A stretch of 64,000 nt of DNA, taken from a virus. Lineage: Duplodnaviria; Caudoviricetes. The position numbers and the translations under genes were made by a program. The stretch covers positions 6,327 through 70,326 of IMG/VR virus record IMGVR_UViG_2872980847_000002. One strand, 5' to 3'. This document shows positions 58,532 through 64,000 of the stretch, piece by piece (within the stretch, counting starts at the first letter, position 1; the number at the start of each line of letters is the position of its first letter). The notes beneath the pieces are model-generated. The model searched no databases, was not told where the DNA came from, and was given only the letters and a program-made list of their open reading frames with translations.

Positions 58532-58579
58532 GGACTCATAATCCGTCGGCCGTGGGTTCGAGTCCCACCCGCCCCACCA
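58532..58579 (+). other. attR: 3' half of tRNA(CAT) (Ile2/Met)
   Basis: GGACTCATAATCC anticodon arm, GGTTCGAGTCC T-arm, CCA end; no 5' acceptor/D arm upstream. Confidence 0.88.
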
Positions 58580-58624
58580 CGGCAGGCCAGTGCAAGATCG
58601 TCTGACCAGCCACATCACGGCAGC

Positions 58625-58652
58625 AGGGCCGCCACCTCCGGGTGGCGGCCCT
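58625..58652 (+). terminator. Hairpin terminator downstream of tRNA fragment
   Basis: AGGGCCGCCACC-TCCG-GGTGGCGGCCCT. Confidence 0.75.
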
Positions 58653-58953
58653 CGTCGTTTCGGCCCCGAAAACGGTCCACGGGCCGCACAGGGCCATACG
58701 GGGGACACACGCGGGGCCGCACCGGGGCGCGGAGCCCACGGGGCGGTCGCGGAGCGTGTGCGGCGACGCCGGGGCCGGCCGACGGGCCCGGAAACCTCGT
58801 GCGTGGCGTCGTCCCGCGAGGAGCCGCCGGCGCCGGCGCGGGAACTGGTCGCCGGGGGCCCGGAGTTGCACGGCTCGTCGGCCTGCCGCGCGGGAACTGG
58901 GGTCCGGGGGCGGGCCGATGGCCGTCCCCGGCCGACCCGTGGGGCGGGTGCGA

Positions 58954-60744
58954 TCAGTTCCAGAGGCGGTCGAGGGCGAGTTGCAGGGTATGCAGGCCGT
59001 CGGGGCCGCTGAGGGTCAGACGGCCGGTGGGGGAGAGTGTCAGGGCGTTGCAGCGGTACAGCAGCGGCAGGGTGCGGACGGCCCCGCTGGTGAGGTGCCA
59101 GAGGTGCAGCTCGGCGTCGTTCCAGGCGGCGGCCAGGAGCGGGCCGGCGGGGGTGTCGGCGGCGGCGAGGGCCGTGACGAGGGCCGGGCGCTGCTCCACG
59201 GGGCCCGCCATCGGTTCCCCGGAGGTCTCCCACAGACGGATCGAGCCGTCGAGCGCGGCGCTGAAGACGAGGGTGAGGTCGTCGTCGGGCAGCCGCAGGC
59301 AGGTGACGGCGGTGACGGGGACGCTGTGCAGACGGCGGGAGTGCGGCAGAGGCCGGTAGGAGGTCAGGGACCACACGTGGACGGCTCCGCCGGCGTCGCC
59401 GACGACGGCCGTCGGCGACTGGCCGTCGGCGCCGAGCGCGGTGGGCCGGGAGGGCGCGGAGCCGAGCGCCGCGGTGCCGTGGTGGGCGGCGATGTGCCCC
59501 AGTACGGTGCCGGCCGGGCCCTCCTCGTCGGGGGTGAGGGGGAAGAGCGGCCCGCTGCGGTCGAACAGCAGCACCGCCTCCGGGTCGGCGGCGGCCAGGC
59601 CGAAGGGACGGAGCCCCGCGGGGGTGGGCACCACGCCGGTGCGTTCGCCGGTGCCCGCGTCGTGGCGGTGCAGCCGGCCCAGGGCGTCCGCGACGAGCAG
59701 GGTGCCGTCCTGGTGCGGGAGGTGGCAGTGGGCGGCCGCCGGCACGTCGTGGTGCGCCCGGACCGCGGTCCACAGGTGCCGTTCGGCCAGCGGGCGCAGG
59801 TATTCGGTGAGGGTGGCGCTGGTGGTCAGGGCGGCGGCGTGCAGGACGGCGGCGCGGGCCAGGTCGTCGTCCGCGGAACCGGACAGGTGGGGCGCGGCGC
59901 GGTCCCAGATGGCACGTAGGCCCGCGGGGGCGACGGTGGCCGGATCGCGGAGTGCCGCGGTGATGGCCGTGGCGGAGCCGTGGAGGAGGAAGCCAGGGTC
60001 GGCGAGCAGGGAGCCCGCCGCGGTGCCGCCGTCCTCGGTGCCGAGAACGGCGTCGAGGACGTGCTCGCGGGCGGCCGGCGGCGCCTCGTCCCACCGCGCC
60101 CTGCCGTCGGCGGTGCGCGGGACGGCGGCGAGCAGGGCCGCGGCGTCCGCGTCCGGGGCCTCCTCGGACGGGGCGGGCGGGGGCGCGGCGTCGGGCCAGG
60201 GGGCCTCGCCGAGGTCGATGACGTGGGGCTCCGTGTCGTCGAGGAGGGCGGTCGTGCCGGTCTCCGCGACGGCGCGCACGTGCGGCAGCCCCAGGAGCGG
60301 GACGAGGAGCTCGTCGACGAGCGTGCCGGGGTCCGCCGGGGCGTGGTCGGCCGGTCCGCGGCCGGCGAGGTGCAGATCGGGCAGGAGGAGCAGCAGCGGC
60401 CGGGCGTCGGCGGCGACGCGGGCCAGGAGGCGGTGCGGGGGCAGCGGGCCGTAGCCGAGCTGGCGGCCCAGCTCCCAGGCGACGGAGTCGGCGATGAGCC
60501 CGGCGGCGGGGACCGTGGCGTGGACGGTGGTCCACTGGTCGGCGCCCGCCCCGGCGAGGAACCAGGCGAGCAGATGGCTCTTGCCGCTGGCCCGGCCGCC
60601 GCGGACCAGGCAGAGCCGCGACAGCTCGCCGTCGGCCGCGGCGGCCCAGTCGAGCAGGGCCCGACCGGCCGCCGCGTGGCGGTCGTCCAGCGCCGGCCAG
60701 GCCGCCGTCCCGGGCGCCTTCTCAGGGTGTGCGGTGGTCGTCAT
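58954..60744 (-). CDS. P-loop + WD40-like protein of toxin locus
   Basis: GGRASGKSHLL; LDGSIRLWE, VHVWS. Confidence 0.75.
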   Translation of the reverse strand: MTTTAHPEKAPGTAAWPALDDRHAAAGRALLDWAAAADGELSRLCLVRGGRASGKSHLLAWFLAGAGADQWTTVHATVPAAGLIADSVAWELGRQLGYGPLPPHRLLARVAADARPLLLLLPDLHLAGRGPADHAPADPGTLVDELLVPLLGLPHVRAVAETGTTALLDDTEPHVIDLGEAPWPDAAPPPAPSEEAPDADAAALLAAVPRTADGRARWDEAPPAAREHVLDAVLGTEDGGTAAGSLLADPGFLLHGSATAITAALRDPATVAPAGLRAIWDRAAPHLSGSADDDLARAAVLHAAALTTSATLTEYLRPLAERHLWTAVRAHHDVPAAAHCHLPHQDGTLLVADALGRLHRHDAGTGERTGVVPTPAGLRPFGLAAADPEAVLLFDRSGPLFPLTPDEEGPAGTVLGHIAAHHGTAALGSAPSRPTALGADGQSPTAVVGDAGGAVHVWSLTSYRPLPHSRRLHSVPVTAVTCLRLPDDDLTLVFSAALDGSIRLWETSGEPMAGPVEQRPALVTALAAADTPAGPLLAAAWNDAELHLWHLTSGAVRTLPLLYRCNALTLSPTGRLTLSGPDGLHTLQLALDRLWN

Positions 60745-60767
60745 CGGCGGTTCTCCCCCTGCCGCTG

Positions 60768-61598
60768 TCACTGCTGGGCGGCCGCCTCGCGAAGGAGGCG
60801 GATCCCCTCTGCCCGGGATTCGGCGCTCTCGCCGTAGGGGAAGTTGTGGGTCAACTCGGCGTCCGGGAACATCTGGGCCAGCCACAGCGAGCAGTAGTGG
60901 CCGGGCAGGAAGCACGCCTCCAACTCCGTGTGGATCCGCGTCACCTGGGCCGGCTCGACGCCCGCGCCGCGCAGCGCGGACCACAGGCTCTCCTCGGGGT
61001 GCAGGGCGATGCCCCCGGCGCGGGTCACCACCTGCTTCTCGCCGTCGTCGCCGACGTACTCGAAGGCTGCGTACCACTCCGTGCCGGCGGTGTCCCGGAT
61101 GTCGTCGAGGACCAGCGGCCACCAGTTCTCCCGGTCGGCGAAGGCGGCCGGGTCCGTGGCGCGCAGCTGCCGCTCCGCCGCGGCGAACGCCTCCGCGGCG
61201 GCCTCCGGCCGGTCGGTGCCGAGGATGACGCGCAGCGCCCGGTCCAGTTCGCGCAGGGACTGGGCGAACTGCTCGGGCGAGGAGCTCACGAACCGGGACG
61301 GCTCCTGGTATCCGAGCAGTACCGCCCGCACCTCGCCCCCGGGGGCGGCGCAGAGCTCGTAGCCGCGGTCGGTGCCCAGGCGCGCCCACTGCCGCTGCTC
61401 CTCGCGGGCCACCTCCGTCCCGACGGACTCCGCATAGGCGTCCAGCACGACGGGGTCGTCGGGGGAGGTGGAGAAATAGGGGCCGACCGTCCAGGGGACG
61501 GCGACCTGCGCCAGCCGGCGGACGCTCTCCGGGACCGCGAACGGCTCGCCCGCCGCCTCCGGTCCGAACTTCCGCAGTTCACCCTCGGGCACTGTCAT
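60768..61598 (-). CDS. SUKH-4 + nucleic-acid deaminase-like domain
   Basis: RLGTDRG, FVSSS, WW..VLD; HPEE..HTELEAC...YC. Confidence 0.85.
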   Translation of the reverse strand: MTVPEGELRKFGPEAAGEPFAVPESVRRLAQVAVPWTVGPYFSTSPDDPVVLDAYAESVGTEVAREEQRQWARLGTDRGYELCAAPGGEVRAVLLGYQEPSRFVSSSPEQFAQSLRELDRALRVILGTDRPEAAAEAFAAAERQLRATDPAAFADRENWWPLVLDDIRDTAGTEWYAAFEYVGDDGEKQVVTRAGGIALHPEESLWSALRGAGVEPAQVTRIHTELEACFLPGHYCSLWLAQMFPDAELTHNFPYGESAESRAEGIRLLREAAAQQ

Positions 61599-61610
61599 GG
61601 ACGACTCCGC

Positions 61611-62240
61611 CTAACCCACCGTCTCGTACACGTCTGAGAGGACACCGTCCCACGTCGGAACGGGCGCGGCGTCCTCGCCCTCCCAGTCGGCCTCCTCCGA
61701 CCAGACGGGCTCCACCCCTTCGAACGGCAGCGGATCGGCGTTGCGCATGCGCTCCCGGAGGGACTCCGCCAGCGCCTCGGGGTCGGGCAGGTCCTCCGAC
61801 ACCGTGGCGTCGTAGCCGGGGCGTTCCAGTTCGAGGAGGTAGAGGAAATAGAGGAAGGAGTCCAGGCTCTGATTCAGCGGACGGGCCGTGAACTCCCCGT
61901 CCGGCAGGGCGTGGACGGCACCGGAGACCGGGTCCAGCACCACCACGTCGTAGTGGATCTCGCCCAGTACCAGCCACTCCGCCCAGCCCTCCGGCATGTC
62001 GTGGTACTCGGAGAAATGGCTGAGTTGCGCGCACCGGCGGAACCGGTCGGGAGTTTCCCCGACGAAGAGACCGCCGTCGAGCACGAAAAAGGAACTCCGG
62101 TCGTCCGGCAGGCCCGTGGCGGTCAGTAGCGCACATGTCGCCGCATCGATTTCCGCCGGCAGCTTCGCTTCCTCCAGCGTGACGAGCTTTTCCGGAGGGA
62201 ATACCGACTCCATCATCGACCGGTCGGTGAGCTGGGGCAT
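61611..62240 (-). CDS. SUKH-4 immunity protein
   Basis: L..TGLP, VVLDPVSGAV, LNQSLDSFLYFL. Confidence 0.88.
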   Translation of the reverse strand: MPQLTDRSMMESVFPPEKLVTLEEAKLPAEIDAATCALLTATGLPDDRSSFFVLDGGLFVGETPDRFRRCAQLSHFSEYHDMPEGWAEWLVLGEIHYDVVVLDPVSGAVHALPDGEFTARPLNQSLDSFLYFLYLLELERPGYDATVSEDLPDPEALAESLRERMRNADPLPFEGVEPVWSEEADWEGEDAAPVPTWDGVLSDVYETVG

Positions 62241-62308
62241 CTTCTGTCCTGTCGGTAAGGTGCGGGAATCCGATGATCTTATCGGAGGCGACTTCTTCGC
62301 GTCAATCG

Positions 62309-64000
62309 CTACTTCTTGCGCCGATTAATGCCGTTGAGATACTTCTCCATTTCGTCGTTTCCCTTCTTCTTGGACTCCGCGGTGTCGCCGTACTCGACGG
62401 TGTGCGAAACCTTGACGTCGCCCGGGAGATGGTGCGACATCCAGGCGCTGCAGTCCCTGGTGCCGGGCCCGGTCGTGCAGGGCTCACGCTCGGTATAGAG
62501 CTCGGACATGCCCTTCGATTTTCCGGAGTCCAGGAACGGGATGCCGACCTGACGTTCGGAGTGCATTCCCGGCCATTTACTGCGGCCGACGAGCACGAAT
62601 TCATCATCGGCGCCGCGTTCGCCATACCGTGCCGCGGCGTAGTTCCGACTGGAGAATTTCCCCTTGCTGACCCGCCCGTAATCTCCCTGCTTGCTGCCCG
62701 CGCCGGTGTTGGCGTGCCGCGCCAGCTGGGTGGCCTGTGACAGGTCCGTACTCCCGAACGCAACCTGCTGGGAGGGTTTCCGCTTGCGCTCGTCCGCCGG
62801 TGGCAGCGGATATTTGCCGGCCTCCCGCCGCGGGACGTGGTCGTCGCTCAGAAGTCCTATCGGCGTGAGCCGCTTCCGGTCCTCGGCGGTGAGGTCCTTG
62901 TGTCCTTCGGTGGTGAGACGGGTGACCTTCCCCTGGTCACTGACGTTGTACATCGGCGCATTGCCGTGCGAATTCTTGCCGATGTTCTTGAGGTCGGACG
63001 CGATACCTTCGTCGTTCTCACGATGGTTCAGCTTCATCTTCTTGACGCCGTTGACCATCTTGTCGTCGAGATGGTCCGCCGTCCGCTTGACGCCGGTCTC
63101 CAGCCCCTCCAGCGCCTTGTCGATCATCGGGGCGGCGGCGTTGGCGATGGCGTCCTTGCCGCGGGTCCGACCGTGATGGCTCTTGGCCCGCCCGAGCTTG
63201 CCGCCGGCCCCGCTGCGGAAGGTGCCGCCGGCGCTCTGCAGGCCGGTGACCACACTGTCGTGGGCGTCCGGATCAAAGGTGAAGCCACCGCCCCCACCGC
63301 CCCCGCCGCCTCCGCTGCCGCCCTCCCCGCCGGCGCTGAGCAACTGCATCGCACCGGCCGCGGACTTCCCCGCCTCCTTGCCGGCCTGGGCCGCATGGCC
63401 GACGTCGATGCCCTTCTGCACCCCGAGGGCATTGGCCCCCACCTGGACCACCAGGTCGCCGACCATCGCCCCGAGCGCCTCCTCGATCGGCGACAGCGCG
63501 ACGCTGACGACCTGCTCGACGACCTGCTCGCAGACCTCCTTGATGATCTTTTTCACGGCGATCCGGGTCGCCTGCGTACCCGCCAGCGCCCCCACTTCGG
63601 ACAGGCCGAAGGTGAACGGCGCCGCCGCCTGGGCCGCGATCACCTCCGCGGCCAGGATGGCGAGTTGGGCGATGGCCGCGATCTTGGCGCCCTCGACGAG
63701 GCCGGCGACGACGTCCATGGCGGTCCCCGCCATGCGCCCGCACTCCGCGAGCCCCTTCAGGTGCTTGCCGTTGACCTTGCCCCAGTGGGCGTTGAGGGCC
63801 GCCACCCCCAGCGAACCCCCCGCCGTGCCCACCAGGCTCTCGATCACCTGATGCGCCTGGTTCGCCCCGTGTTCGATGTCGTCCGCGAATCCCCTCAAGG
63901 AATCCGCCATCGCGCGATAGTCGTCCTCGTCCACATTCGGCCACGAGACGCCGATGATGTCGAGGATCTCGTCGGCCCAACCCGGAAGTACCACGCCCAC
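62309..64000 (-). CDS. Polymorphic toxin: WXG100-like N-terminus, C-terminal Zn-deaminase
   Basis: G..WP.VDED..R..A N-terminus; HSE..ELYTEREPC..C. Confidence 0.88.
   Translation of the reverse strand: MGVVLPGWADEILDIIGVSWPNVDEDDYRAMADSLRGFADDIEHGANQAHQVIESLVGTAGGSLGVAALNAHWGKVNGKHLKGLAECGRMAGTAMDVVAGLVEGAKIAAIAQLAILAAEVIAAQAAAPFTFGLSEVGALAGTQATRIAVKKIIKEVCEQVVEQVVSVALSPIEEALGAMVGDLVVQVGANALGVQKGIDVGHAAQAGKEAGKSAAGAMQLLSAGGEGGSGGGGGGGGGGFTFDPDAHDSVVTGLQSAGGTFRSGAGGKLGRAKSHHGRTRGKDAIANAAAPMIDKALEGLETGVKRTADHLDDKMVNGVKKMKLNHRENDEGIASDLKNIGKNSHGNAPMYNVSDQGKVTRLTTEGHKDLTAEDRKRLTPIGLLSDDHVPRREAGKYPLPPADERKRKPSQQVAFGSTDLSQATQLARHANTGAGSKQGDYGRVSKGKFSSRNYAAARYGERGADDEFVLVGRSKWPGMHSERQVGIPFLDSGKSKGMSELYTEREPCTTGPGTRDCSAWMSHHLPGDVKVSHTVEYGDTAESKKKGNDEMEKYLNGINRRKK

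Larger units (their letters stand above)
1..58579 (+). mobile_element. Siphovirus-type prophage integrated at a tRNA(CAT); left end outside window
   Basis: Ordered terminase-portal-capsid-tail-TMP-lysin-replication genes, ending at a 3'-half tRNA; host-type genes follow. Confidence 0.92.

Noticed and set aside
58500-58579. Complete tRNA gene
   Set aside because: 5' acceptor strand and D arm are missing; this is an att fragment
63285-63335. C-rich run
   Set aside because: Encodes the poly-Gly linker of the toxin

Overview
High-GC actinobacterial DNA, almost certainly Streptomyces (DUF397/XRE-DUF5753, WhiB-like, SUKH-4 and DUF4192 genes). About 1-58.6 kb is a siphovirus-type prophage. Its right junction is the 3' half of a tRNA(CAT) at 58532-58579; its left end and integrase lie outside the window. 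Gene order: AT-rich morons, a DNA-modification-like gene with ParB, terminase, portal, scaffold, decoration and capsid; then a ~15 kb non-structural cargo block wedged between head-completion and neck/tail genes; then tail, lysis, recombination/replication (iteron origin inside the initiator gene) and accessory genes. The cargo is the most striking part. It holds a complete histidyl-tRNA synthetase of a non-actinobacterial sequence type, an XRE/3xDUF397/anti-sigma regulatory module, and a co-oriented nucleotide-chemistry cluster (2 methyltransferases, 2 EEP hydrolases, a SPASM-less radical SAM, an active plus degenerate DEDD-exonuclease pair, an NMP-kinase-like protein, 2 NUDIX). Other notable items: an in-frame endolysin-holin fusion, a repeated 23-bp intergenic motif and a 149-nt G-free pentamer tract. 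58.9-64 kb is a host polymorphic deaminase-toxin/SUKH-4 locus. All protein calls come from motif recognition by eye; no database searches were run.
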